Assembly (NCBI GenBank): GCA_963930055.1 | Contig: CAWVKS010000008.1 | Location: forward strand, 500,694-564,693 | Origin: an uncultured Bacillota bacterium | Lineage (GTDB): Bacteria; Bacillota; Clostridia; Christensenellales; Aristaeellaceae | Length of the DNA stretch: 64,000 nt | Reading direction: 5' to 3' | Shown here: positions 39,016 through 47,531 of the stretch, piece by piece | How positions within the stretch are numbered: the stretch's first letter is position 1 | How the letters are laid out: the number at the start of each line of letters is the position of its first letter | Position numbers and translations under genes: made by a program | Notes under the pieces: model-generated | The model's database searches: none | What the model was told of the DNA's origin: nothing | Seen by the model: only the letters and a program-made list of their open reading frames with translations

Positions 39016-40363
39016 GTACAATAAGTTGCGCAAAAAAGAATAGACATGGTAGGCAGGCAGCTGGTAGAATGGAGTTGCTACACGACACATTCGAAAGGAG
39101 CCTGGGGACCATGTCTGAGAAGATTGTAACACTGAACGAGGAAGTAATCAAGGGGCAAATCAAGGAACTGGTGCGCGGGAGCGTTGAGGAAACGCTGAAC
39201 GAACTGCTGGAGGCAGAAGCGGAGAAGCTGACGCAGGCCGCACGATACGAGCGCAACGAGGCCCGTCAGGGCTACCGCAGCGGCCACTACGACCGGAACC
39301 TGACCACGACCTCCGGCGACGTGACACTGCACGTGCCTCGTCTGAAGGGCGTATCCTTCGAGACAGCGATCATCGAGCGGTACCGCCGCCGGGAGAGCAG
39401 CGTGGAGGAAGCGCTGATCGAGATGTATCTAGCAGGTGTCTCTGTGCGCCGGGTGGAGGACATCACGGAGGCGCTGTGGGGCAGCAAGGTATCTCTGGCC
39501 ACGATCAGCGAGCTGAACAAGAAGGCGTATGTCCACATCGAGGACTGGCGAAACCGTCCTTTGCAGGGCGGAAAGTATCCTTATGTGTATGTAGACGGCA
39601 TCTATCTGCGCCGGAATTGGGGCGGAGAGTACGAAAACGTGGCCATACTGGTGGCGATTGCGGTCAATGAGGACGGTTACCGGGAGGTTCTGGGCGCTGC
39701 GGAGGGAATGAAGGAGGACAAGGCCAGCTGGGTCGGCTTCTTCCAGTGGCTGAAGGGCCGTGGCCTGGACGGCGTAAAGCTCATTGTCGGCGACAAGTGC
39801 CTGGGGATGCTGGAGGCTGTGGGCGAGGTCTTTCCTGACGCGAAATACCAGCGCTGCACGGTGCACTTCTACCGCAACGTGTTTTCGGTCGTGCCCCGTT
39901 CCAAGGTGAAGCACGTTGCAAAGATGCTCAAGGCGATCCACGCACAGGAGAGCAAGAAGGCCGCCCGCGAGAAGGCCAGAGCCGTCATCACCGAGCTGCG
40001 CGAGATGAAGCTGAAGGAGGCGGCAAAGAAGGTAGAGGACGGCATTGAGGAGACGCTGACCTACTGCGATTTCCCACCCGAACACTGGACGCGGATCCGC
40101 ACGAACAACGTCATGGAACGCCTGAATCGCGAGATCCGCAGGCGCACCAGGCTCGTGGGTACCTTCCCTGATGGCAACTCCGCCCTGATGCTCGTCTGCG
40201 CCCGCCTGCGCCATGTCGCAGGCACCCAGTGGGGAAACAAGAAGTACATGAACATGAAGCACCTGGAGGCTACCCTCTGCGATTCCTCCATTGCCTGACA
40301 ACTCTTTTCTTTCACTGCCTGCATACTATTTTGCGCATAATGGTTGACAGTACCTACAATTCC
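39016..40363 (+). mobile_element. IS256-family insertion sequence (about 1.35 kb); the alternative outer boundary is 42482
   Basis: Left end GATAAGGTACAATAAGTTGCGCAAAA follows the IS256 IRL pattern (GATAAAGT…TTGTGTAAAA). A degenerate IRR-like ttttgcgcataatggttgacagtacct lies at about 40333-40360. A perfect inverted copy of the 24-bp IR lies at 42459-42482. Confidence 0.6.
39111..40298 (+). CDS. IS256-family (mutator-type) transposase
   Basis: Full-length similarity pattern of IS256 transposases (…YVYVDGIYLRRNWGGEYENVAILVAIAVNEDGYREVLG…CTVHFYRNV…). 395 aa. Confidence 0.9.
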   Translation: MSEKIVTLNEEVIKGQIKELVRGSVEETLNELLEAEAEKLTQAARYERNEARQGYRSGHYDRNLTTTSGDVTLHVPRLKGVSFETAIIERYRRRESSVEEALIEMYLAGVSVRRVEDITEALWGSKVSLATISELNKKAYVHIEDWRNRPLQGGKYPYVYVDGIYLRRNWGGEYENVAILVAIAVNEDGYREVLGAAEGMKEDKASWVGFFQWLKGRGLDGVKLIVGDKCLGMLEAVGEVFPDAKYQRCTVHFYRNVFSVVPRSKVKHVAKMLKAIHAQESKKAAREKARAVITELREMKLKEAAKKVEDGIEETLTYCDFPPEHWTRIRTNNVMERLNREIRRRTRLVGTFPDGNSALMLVCARLRHVAGTQWGNKKYMNMKHLEATLCDSSIA

Positions 40364-40468
40364 TCGAAATCCCCCGAGAAACTTTATGGCGCATGGGCTT
40401 TTTGCTTTGATGGGATAAAAAATTCCCTACCAGGATTGTATCAAATCCCAGTAGGGATGGTGGCGCCC

Positions 40469-40499
40469 TTACCAGAAATTGATACAATCTGGCGAAATA
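40469..40499. repeat. 31-bp att-like core, copy 1 (ttaccagaaattgatacaatctggcgaaata)
   Basis: Identical 31-mer at 47414-47444. The adjacent inverted repeat ccaggattgtatcaaatcc is the reverse complement of part of the core, and CCCTAC…GTAGGG flanks it. Confidence 0.6.
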
Positions 40500-40717
40500 T
40501 CCAGACGGGGTAAAAACGGAGCGAGATTTTACCCACTCACTCCAAAAGGGGGAAAAGGGGGGATAGGGGGGTAATTTTAGAGGACGCAAAGAGTTATCCC
40601 CTACGACCCTCGAAATGCCTTGACATGTTTCGAAGCAAGAGGTTTACTACCACCGCGGCGCGGCTCGTGCGGCTTTTGCCTGCATGGCCGCGCTGACTTT
40701 ATTCTGGGAGGTAGACT

Positions 40718-41383
40718 ATGAACATCTTTGCGACCGAACAGGGCATATTGGGCGATACGGGCTATGCCCGGCAACACAACACTTTCCACGCTTTTCTCAC
40801 GCTGGCGCGCTCCATCCGCAAGCGGCTTGGCGCACGGGCGTACAAGCTCGACGAGTACATCCGCCAACTGCTCATTGCCTGCTCCATCCCGCTCGAAGAG
40901 GAGTTTTTCGACCGGGAGGATTCGCCGACGGACGCCTTGGCCGCAAGCTGCCGGATGGTGGCGAAGGGCGGCGGGCAGAAAGATTCGCAGGCAAATGGAT
41001 GCTATTCCTTCGTGCGCGCTTACGCGCAGGCGCACCCCCTGCAAAACCAGGTGGACAACACGCGGTCGCTGATCTATTTCTGTGAGCTGCTTGATGACCA
41101 TCTGGCAATGGCAATGGAAACGATGATCCAGGACATCTGGTCCGACACGGCCGGCCGCATGGATACCGTCCTGGCCGACGCGCTGTTTCAGGAGATATGC
41201 GCCCTTCTTGGTCAGGAAGAAGAAATGGTGCGGCTGAACGCATTATTCGCCCGGCGTTTCCTGTCCGTTCCCCTGCGCCACTTTGCCTGGCAGATCGCGG
41301 CCAATGAGCTGGCACGCGCGCTGTTGGAACGGGACCCGGAGACTTCGTGCGAGATCATCCGCCTGTTGCTCGCCGGTGAATGA
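40718..41383 (+). CDS. Hypothetical protein (prophage remnant / IS passenger)
   Basis: GGGAGG RBS 7 nt before ATG. Balanced amino-acid composition. The overlapping minus ORF 40601-41101 is rejected. Confidence 0.45.
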   Translation: MNIFATEQGILGDTGYARQHNTFHAFLTLARSIRKRLGARAYKLDEYIRQLLIACSIPLEEEFFDREDSPTDALAASCRMVAKGGGQKDSQANGCYSFVRAYAQAHPLQNQVDNTRSLIYFCELLDDHLAMAMETMIQDIWSDTAGRMDTVLADALFQEICALLGQEEEMVRLNALFARRFLSVPLRHFAWQIAANELARALLERDPETSCEIIRLLLAGE

Positions 41384-41462
41384 GCGCTTGGCTCATCTGC
41401 TCCCAAAAGCAAAAAAGCCCTCCACGCCAGTTTCCTGACGTGGAGAGCGGTCGTTGTGGGAT

Positions 41463-42368
41463 TCAGGCGTTCTGCGCCTGGCTGTACTTCTGGCTGATCC
41501 AGCGCACTTTGCCGTCCAGCAGGATGGGATTCCAGCCTTCCGCGTCGATGCCGTGCAGGACGTCGCCTGCGTGGGCGATCATCACCGAATCGTATTCCTT
41601 CCCTGGGCCAGTGCGGATATGGACAGAGCCGCCCGTGACCAGAATCGGCTTCTGGCTGGACGGCTCGCTGCCGGTGGATTGGGAGAGCGGTTTCGCCTCC
41701 GCGTTGAGGCCGAGGTCGTTGAGGGTGGCAAGGCTGGTTTCGCCGGTCGCTTCCTGGCCTTGGCTTGTCTGGAAATCTTTCAGCGCCTTTTGCGTCTTTT
41801 CGCCGAATTCGCCGTCCTCGCTGATGTCCGCGCCGTGCGCATTGAGCGCCTGTTGCAGCCGCAGCGTGCGATACCCTTTCATCCCCAGGCGCAGCGCGCA
41901 GGCCGGGTTGTAGCGGACAACGCCGCATACCTTGCCGGCATAGAGGGAGATGGAGTTGGTACACACGCCGTACTTCGTGCCGCGGGCGTGGACGATCTGC
42001 GTGGGCGAGGCCACCATCGTCACGTGGGTGATCTTATTGGCGCGGCTGGTGCCGGAGTCCGTGCAGAGGAATTGCAGGTCGCCGGGCTGTTTGGCCATAT
42101 TGATGACCGAAGCCCCGCCGAAGCTCTTGCCGATCTGGGCGTAGGTAGCAGGCCAGAGCAATTCGAAGTCATCGTCGTAGATCTCCTTGTTGCTCGTCGG
42201 TACGCTGCCACCGTACTTCCAGCGCTTGCCTTGCGCGGAGTAGGCGCGGGCAACGAGGGAGGAACAGTCGAAGATGCCCTCCTGCGTGCGCCTGGCCTGA
42301 CTGTATGCACAGCCAACTTTGGATAAGGCCCAGTCCGCAGCGGACTGGGCCAGGGTTGTGTAGGACAT
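41463..42368 (-). CDS. Phage-type endolysin: NlpC/P60 (CHAP-like) peptidase + PG_binding_1 + SH3-like domain
   Basis: Catalytic Cys context VGCAYSQARRTQEGIFDCSSLV. PG-binding repeat (…LRLQQALNAHGADISEDGEFGEKTQKALKDFQ…). C-terminal SH3-like block (ILVTGGSVHIRTGPGKEYDSVMIAHAGDVL…). Same domain order as the 50694-51779 product. Confidence 0.7.
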   Translation of the reverse strand: MSYTTLAQSAADWALSKVGCAYSQARRTQEGIFDCSSLVARAYSAQGKRWKYGGSVPTSNKEIYDDDFELLWPATYAQIGKSFGGASVINMAKQPGDLQFLCTDSGTSRANKITHVTMVASPTQIVHARGTKYGVCTNSISLYAGKVCGVVRYNPACALRLGMKGYRTLRLQQALNAHGADISEDGEFGEKTQKALKDFQTSQGQEATGETSLATLNDLGLNAEAKPLSQSTGSEPSSQKPILVTGGSVHIRTGPGKEYDSVMIAHAGDVLHGIDAEGWNPILLDGKVRWISQKYSQAQNA

Positions 42369-42458
42369 GGAGGTCGCTCCTGTTCTATGATTTTGCGGGT
42401 CGGTCGTGCGGCGATTACGCATGATATTCTAGAGTTTATCAGACCTGCACTCATTCTT

Positions 42459-42482
42459 GTTGCGCAACTTATTGTACCTTAT
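42459..42482. repeat. Perfect inverted copy of the IS256-type terminal IR (ttgcgcaacttattgtaccttatc)
   Basis: Exact reverse complement of 39016-39039. Interior-adjacent bases also resemble the IS interior (aagaat…). Confidence 0.6.
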
Positions 42483-42687
42483 CGGGCTATCCTTTTGACC
42501 TCTCATACGCCGAGAATTCGAGCAAAAAGCATCCACTTTCAGCCCAGATTTCTTTTTTGTCGACAGGTTCTTTATTATACTTTATCAGGGCTACGCTGCG
42601 TGGATCAAGTACGGACGACAGGAGTAAATTGATGGTCTAGAAAATCCATACAATTCAATACGTTTTGCACAACTAGACTAAATAATC

Positions 42688-42939
42688 TCAGAAAGACTTG
42701 AAAAAAGAGTTGCATACTTTTCTACTTCTTTCTATACGCCTGGATACTTCGCCCATCAGCAATTCCTGCTGCTCTTCTAGTAAAGCTCCTACAATTTCGG
42801 CCTCCGCCAGCCATCTTTCTGCTGCTCCCCGCATTGTATTTGGATAATCCAGCTGTGCGAATCTTTCATTTAGCACTTTCGTAAGTTCAAGACGCATGCA
42901 CGCATTGATCTTGTACTCATCATTGTTTTGGAAAAACAT
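42688..42939 (-). CDS. Hypothetical small protein in an AT-rich segment
   Basis: ORF with AT-rich codon usage in the low-GC 42.48-43.14 kb stretch. Weak support. Confidence 0.2.
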   Translation of the reverse strand: MFFQNNDEYKINACMRLELTKVLNERFAQLDYPNTMRGAAERWLAEAEIVGALLEEQQELLMGEVSRRIERSRKVCNSFFKSF

Positions 42940-43165
42940 TTGACGAGTATTATTCCTTTCATACCTTTGGCTGTTTTGGCAGTTTCGTGTGTCGTAGTAA
43001 GTATTATCTTATTGATTAAGCGCAAGAATCGATAATTCGAGCAACGGCTCCACACTGGCCGCGATCCACGGCATTGACCGAATACGCAGAATCGACTAAT
43101 ACACGGCGCATTAAACGTCGCTCGGAAACGGGCGGCGTTTTCTTGTGCCATTTTTGGAGGTTACC

Positions 43166-43864
43166 ATGAACGACTGGTTTGATTGGAACGGCACCCGATG
43201 TACCACAAAGGGCATCCATGTGCTGGAACAGCCCACCTATACGCTGCCTGCGGAGCGCTCTACCTTTACCGCTGTGCCCGGCAGGAGCGGTTCACTCACT
43301 ACGCTGGAAGGCGACGAGGTGTACGACGATATCGTGCTGACGGCTACCTGCATGATTGACGGAGAGAGCAGAATCCCGACTCTGTCCGCGTGGCTGAAGG
43401 GCGGCGGGAATGTCACCTTTGCCAATCGCCCCGGCGGCTTTTATAAGGCACGAATCGTCAATCAGATCGCCTTTGAGAAAATCCTGCGCGGCAATCCGCA
43501 CAGGAAGTTTGCTGTCAACTTTCGCTGTCAGCCATTCTGGTATCAGAGCAATGTGCCGGATATCACCATCACGCAATCCACGTCCACGGTCACAAACCCC
43601 GGAACGGTAGCGTCCGAGCCGATCATTACGGTCTATGGCAGCGGGGATATTACCCTCGCGGTAGGCGCGACCATCGTAGAACTGACCGAGGTCAGCGGAA
43701 GCATCACCATCGACAGCGAGATACTGGAATGCTACAAGGGCGTCACCGGCTGCAATGCGCAGATGAGCGGCGATTTCCCTGTGCTTGTCAGCGGCAGCAA
43801 TGCGATCAGCTGGATCGGCTCTGTTAGTCGTGTGGTTATTCAGCCGAATTGGAGATTTCTATAA
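43166..43864 (+). CDS. Siphovirus-type distal tail protein (Dit)-like
   Basis: MNDWFDWNGTRCTTKGIHVLE…GRSGSLT… is homologous to the 59349-60044 product. Lies upstream of a Tal-like gene. Confidence 0.55.
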   Translation: MNDWFDWNGTRCTTKGIHVLEQPTYTLPAERSTFTAVPGRSGSLTTLEGDEVYDDIVLTATCMIDGESRIPTLSAWLKGGGNVTFANRPGGFYKARIVNQIAFEKILRGNPHRKFAVNFRCQPFWYQSNVPDITITQSTSTVTNPGTVASEPIITVYGSGDITLAVGATIVELTEVSGSITIDSEILECYKGVTGCNAQMSGDFPVLVSGSNAISWIGSVSRVVIQPNWRFL

Positions 43865-43917
43865 CGGTCGTATATAAAAGAATATGTGTCGTATATACTT
43901 GACACATAACCGATTTT

Positions 43918-44178
43918 ATGGTAATATTCGTTGTGAAGGGGGTGACTCATATCGCTCGGAATCTCAAAATCAAAGTTGCGAGAGCTGAGAAAGACATGAC
44001 TCAAAAAGCTCTGGCGGAGGCTGTCGGCATCTCCCGGCAAACTATGAATGCTATCGAGCAAGGCGAGTATAATCCCACGATACGGTTATGCAGAGCTATT
44101 TGCCGGGTGCTTGGGAAAAGTTTGGACGATCTATTTGGAGAGGAGGACGCAGATGATGAAGAAAAATCGCACCAATAG
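43918..44178 (+). CDS. XRE/YozG-like small HTH transcriptional regulator
   Basis: …LKIKVARAEKDMTQKALAEAVGISRQTMNAIEQGEYNPTIRLCRAICRVLG… Cro/C1-type HTH. Confidence 0.6.
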   Translation: MVIFVVKGVTHIARNLKIKVARAEKDMTQKALAEAVGISRQTMNAIEQGEYNPTIRLCRAICRVLGKSLDDLFGEEDADDEEKSHQ

Positions 44179-44623
44179 GCTTGACGAAATGCAGAATCAG
44201 AAGCTGATGAAACTGGAAGAGTATGGATTCTGGATCATGTTCTGGACACTGCTTGCTTCGATTGTTGTTCAGCTCATCCTCGGTTGTTCACTTAAAGAAG
44301 TACTTGGAGAAATTGTTGTATTTCTTATTGGTAGCGTTTACCTCACGGCAACAACATTGAAGAATGGACTTTGGGAGAGGACATCAACACCTTCCAGAAA
44401 AGGAAATGCTGCCGTGAGCGCTGTTCCGGCTATTCTCATTGGAATTATCAATGTCTTGAAGATCATTCAGAACGATAAAGCAGATACGAAGTCGATACTG
44501 ATCACTATCGCAATCAGCATTGTCGTCTATGCAGGCTGTTTTATAATCTTGGAGGTTCTAAGAACTGTTTATAATAAAAGGCGGACAAAGCTGGATGATA
44601 TTGATGAGAAGGAAGGCGAGTGA
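44153..44623 (+). CDS. Membrane protein partnered with the small HTH regulator
   Basis: Start overlaps the regulator's end. Four hydrophobic helices (FWIMFWTLLASIVVQLILG; VVFLIGSVYLTATTL; AVSAVPAILIGIINVL; ILITIAISIVVYAGCFIIL). Confidence 0.5.
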   Translation: MMKKNRTNRLDEMQNQKLMKLEEYGFWIMFWTLLASIVVQLILGCSLKEVLGEIVVFLIGSVYLTATTLKNGLWERTSTPSRKGNAAVSAVPAILIGIINVLKIIQNDKADTKSILITIAISIVVYAGCFIILEVLRTVYNKRRTKLDDIDEKEGE

Positions 44624-44964
44624 TAATCATGTACTGCCCTAATTGCAGGACTTTGTTCCATGAATCGCCACGTTGCCCTGTCTGTGGCAGCAAAAAAGTT
44701 CGAGCTCCTTTACCGGAAGATACCTGCTTTCTGATAGAGACTGCCCCGATCCCCGGAGCTATGCTGAAGGATATATTGGAGCAAAACAAAATACCGGTTC
44801 TGAGTACAAGTACCATTGGAGCAGGTATGGCAATGAGAGCAGGGTCGATGTTTGAACGAATCAGGTACTATGTCCGATATGATGATCTTGATGAAGCATC
44901 AAAGATTGTGCATGAATTTTCTCACCCGGCTGTAGTATCGGAGGAAGTTGATACTAATGAGTAA
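44620..44964 (+). CDS. Zinc-ribbon + DUF2007-like small protein
   Basis: CPNC…CPVCG ribbon followed by a conserved small domain. Start overlaps the upstream stop. Confidence 0.4.
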   Translation: MIIMYCPNCRTLFHESPRCPVCGSKKVRAPLPEDTCFLIETAPIPGAMLKDILEQNKIPVLSTSTIGAGMAMRAGSMFERIRYYVRYDDLDEASKIVHEFSHPAVVSEEVDTNE

Positions 44965-45060
44965 CACGCTCCCATCCCTTCAGTAATCAATAAATCTCAT
45001 CATTTTCGGCGTCGCCTATAAAGCGGCGCTTTTCTTATGCCCCAAAGGAGGTAAACGCCC

Positions 45061-47427
45061 TTGATCTGTGTCTATGAAGCCAACTGTTCAGACTTTTCGG
45101 GAAACGGTCTGGGCGTGCTGACCCCATCCGACTGTTCCGTCACCGAGACTTTGAACGGCGAATGGGAACTGACGCTCACACACCCGCTGGATAAGCTGGG
45201 CAAATGGCAGCGCCTGACGGAAGGCCGCATCCTGACCGCACCGGTTCCCGCCACGTCCACGCCGAGGGTCAACCTGATTACCCAGAGTGCCGGAACAGAT
45301 ATCTATAAGGTTTCCACCCAGAGCGGCACACTTCGCTTACGATCCGGGCCGGGCACCAGCTACAAAATCCTCAAAAGCTACAAAAAGAACACTGAGGTCA
45401 TTCTGATCCAGAAAACCAGCAGTTCTTGGTATGAGGTCACTTGCCCAGACGGCAAGCGCGGCTATATGTCCACGGAATACCTGACCTATGTGCGCACCGA
45501 GGGCAATGTGCCTGCCGCTACAGGTGAGGTCATCGAACCCCGCCAGCTGCGGGATCAGCCTTTCCGTATTTATCGTGTCGTGCCCGAACTGACGAAAGTC
45601 ACCGTCTATGCCCGGCACATTTTTTATGACCTGCTCGACAATATGCTCCAGAAGGTCGAGCCTTCCTCCGGCACGGTCGGCGCGGCGGTTGTCCGAGCGA
45701 TTGCGGACGGCTGCCTTTCCTCGCACGACTTTACTTTCTATTCCGACCTCGACAGCACAGCGGAAGAGGTGCTGTATGAGAATATCAACCCCATCGAAGC
45801 CCTGCTCGGCGACGAGGGCGTCACCGGGAAATACAAGGGCGAGCTTGCCCGCGACTGGTGGGATGTGTTTGTCGTCAAGCGCGTCGGCAAGGACACGGCA
45901 GTCGGCATCCGGGAGCGAAAAAACCTGACCGGCATTACCTACGATCTGGACATGACCAATGTGGTCACACGCATCATGCCCACCGGGCAGGACAAGGACG
46001 GTGAGGTGCTGTACCTCCCGGAGCTCTATATCGACAGCCCGATCATTGACCTATACACCCAGCCGAAATGGATTCACCTTGACGTTTCCGAAGCCAAGGA
46101 AGTCACCGAAGGCGACGACAAGAAAACGAAGGCGCAGTGCTATACGGAAATGCGTGCTGCCGCGCAGAAGGAATTCGATAATGGCTGCGACCTGCCGGAC
46201 GTAACGCTCAAGGTGGACTTTGTTTCCTGTGAGAACACCGTTGAATACGCGCAGTACGCACACCTCCAGAACATCTACCTGGGTGATTCTGTGCAAGTGG
46301 TCGCGCCGCGTATCGGCGTGGCCGTTGCCATGCGCATGACGCAGTACACCTATGACTGCCTGCTCAAGCGCTATACCGCTGTGACGCTGGGTACGGTGAC
46401 GGACACGCTGGAGGGCAGCATGATTACCGGCAGGCAGCTGGCATCCGGGAGCATTACCGGCAGCAAGATTGCCATGAACGCCATTGGCACCGGGCAGCTG
46501 CAGTCCGGTTCTGTGGGCAGCCTGCAAATCAAGCTGGCGGCAATAGAGACCGCGCATATTCAGGATGCGGCAATCACGAACGCAAAAATCGGTCAGGCTG
46601 CCATCGGCTCCGCGAATATCCAGCAGGCGGCCATAGAAAATGCCCACCTCGGCAACGCTGTGGTTCACACTGCAAACATTCAGGATTTGGCGGTCACCAA
46701 GGCAAAGGTCGCCGAGGCGGCGATTGGCACAGCCCAGATTGAGGACGCGGCAATTACCTCGGCGCACATTGGAGAAGGACAGATTCAAACCGCGCACATT
46801 GCGGAGGCTGCCATCCAGTCCGCGCAAATCGACGATGCCGCCATACTTGCCGCACACATCAAGGACGGAGAGATTGATACCGCAAAAATCAAAAATGCCG
46901 CCATTACCAATGCCAAGATTGCTGGTGCGGCCATCGGCACCGCCAACATACAGGACGCTGCCATTGTCGCTGCCAAAATACAGAACGGTCAGATCACCCG
47001 CGCCAAGATTGCGGATCTGGCGGTCGGTACGGCACAGATTGACGATCTCGCCGTAACCACCGCGAAGATCGCGCAGGCCGCCATTACCAACGCCCAGATC
47101 GCCAACGCGACCATCGGTACAGCGAAAATCGCTCTCGGCGCGATCACGGCGGCGCTGATTGCCAACGGCGCGGTCGGCACCATACAGATTGCGGACGGTT
47201 CTATCACGGACGCGAAGATCGTGGAGCTGACCGCCAATAAAATCACCGCCGGGCAGTTGTCTGTCGAGCGGCTCATCATTCGCGGAAGCGATCAGTCCAT
47301 CATCTACGCCATCAACAATATGGGAACGCTGGTTTCCACGCAGGTCAATACCATTGACGGATATGTGCTGACGGAGCGAACGATCACAGCGGACAAGATC
47401 GTGGCACACGCCATTACCAGAAATTGA
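45061..47427 (+). CDS. Phage tail protein (Tal-like), 3'-truncated copy
   Basis: N-terminal 450 aa are homologous to the 55048-58356 product. A long 11-residue repeat array follows (…AAI-A-I…). It stops 300 aa short of its paralog, exactly at the 31-bp att-like core. Confidence 0.65.
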   Translation: MICVYEANCSDFSGNGLGVLTPSDCSVTETLNGEWELTLTHPLDKLGKWQRLTEGRILTAPVPATSTPRVNLITQSAGTDIYKVSTQSGTLRLRSGPGTSYKILKSYKKNTEVILIQKTSSSWYEVTCPDGKRGYMSTEYLTYVRTEGNVPAATGEVIEPRQLRDQPFRIYRVVPELTKVTVYARHIFYDLLDNMLQKVEPSSGTVGAAVVRAIADGCLSSHDFTFYSDLDSTAEEVLYENINPIEALLGDEGVTGKYKGELARDWWDVFVVKRVGKDTAVGIRERKNLTGITYDLDMTNVVTRIMPTGQDKDGEVLYLPELYIDSPIIDLYTQPKWIHLDVSEAKEVTEGDDKKTKAQCYTEMRAAAQKEFDNGCDLPDVTLKVDFVSCENTVEYAQYAHLQNIYLGDSVQVVAPRIGVAVAMRMTQYTYDCLLKRYTAVTLGTVTDTLEGSMITGRQLASGSITGSKIAMNAIGTGQLQSGSVGSLQIKLAAIETAHIQDAAITNAKIGQAAIGSANIQQAAIENAHLGNAVVHTANIQDLAVTKAKVAEAAIGTAQIEDAAITSAHIGEGQIQTAHIAEAAIQSAQIDDAAILAAHIKDGEIDTAKIKNAAITNAKIAGAAIGTANIQDAAIVAAKIQNGQITRAKIADLAVGTAQIDDLAVTTAKIAQAAITNAQIANATIGTAKIALGAITAALIANGAVGTIQIADGSITDAKIVELTANKITAGQLSVERLIIRGSDQSIIYAINNMGTLVSTQVNTIDGYVLTERTITADKIVAHAITRN

Positions 47428-47444
47428 TACAATCTGGCGAAATA
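47414..47444. repeat. 31-bp att-like core, copy 2, at the truncation point of the tail gene
   Basis: Identical to 40469-40499. Followed by a GTAGGG…CCCTAC inverted repeat. Confidence 0.6.
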
Positions 47445-47477
47445 GCTGTAGGGAAAACTTTTACCCCCCCTACACAA

Positions 47478-47525
47478 AAAAGCCCTGCAGCAATGGCTCC
47501 TCCACCATTGCTGCAAGGCTTTTAG
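47478..47525. terminator. Bidirectional terminator between the truncated Tal gene and the serine recombinase gene
   Basis: AAAAAA-gcagcaatgg…ccattgctgc-aaggcTTTTagg hairpin between convergent genes. Confidence 0.5.
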
Positions 47526-47531
47526 GTCTCA

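Noticed and set aside
40601-41101. Minus-strand ORF (166 aa) overlapping the plus-strand hypothetical gene at 40718-41383.
   Set aside because: The plus-strand ORF has a GGGAGG RBS and balanced composition. The minus ORF is Arg/Pro/Ala-rich and lacks an RBS.
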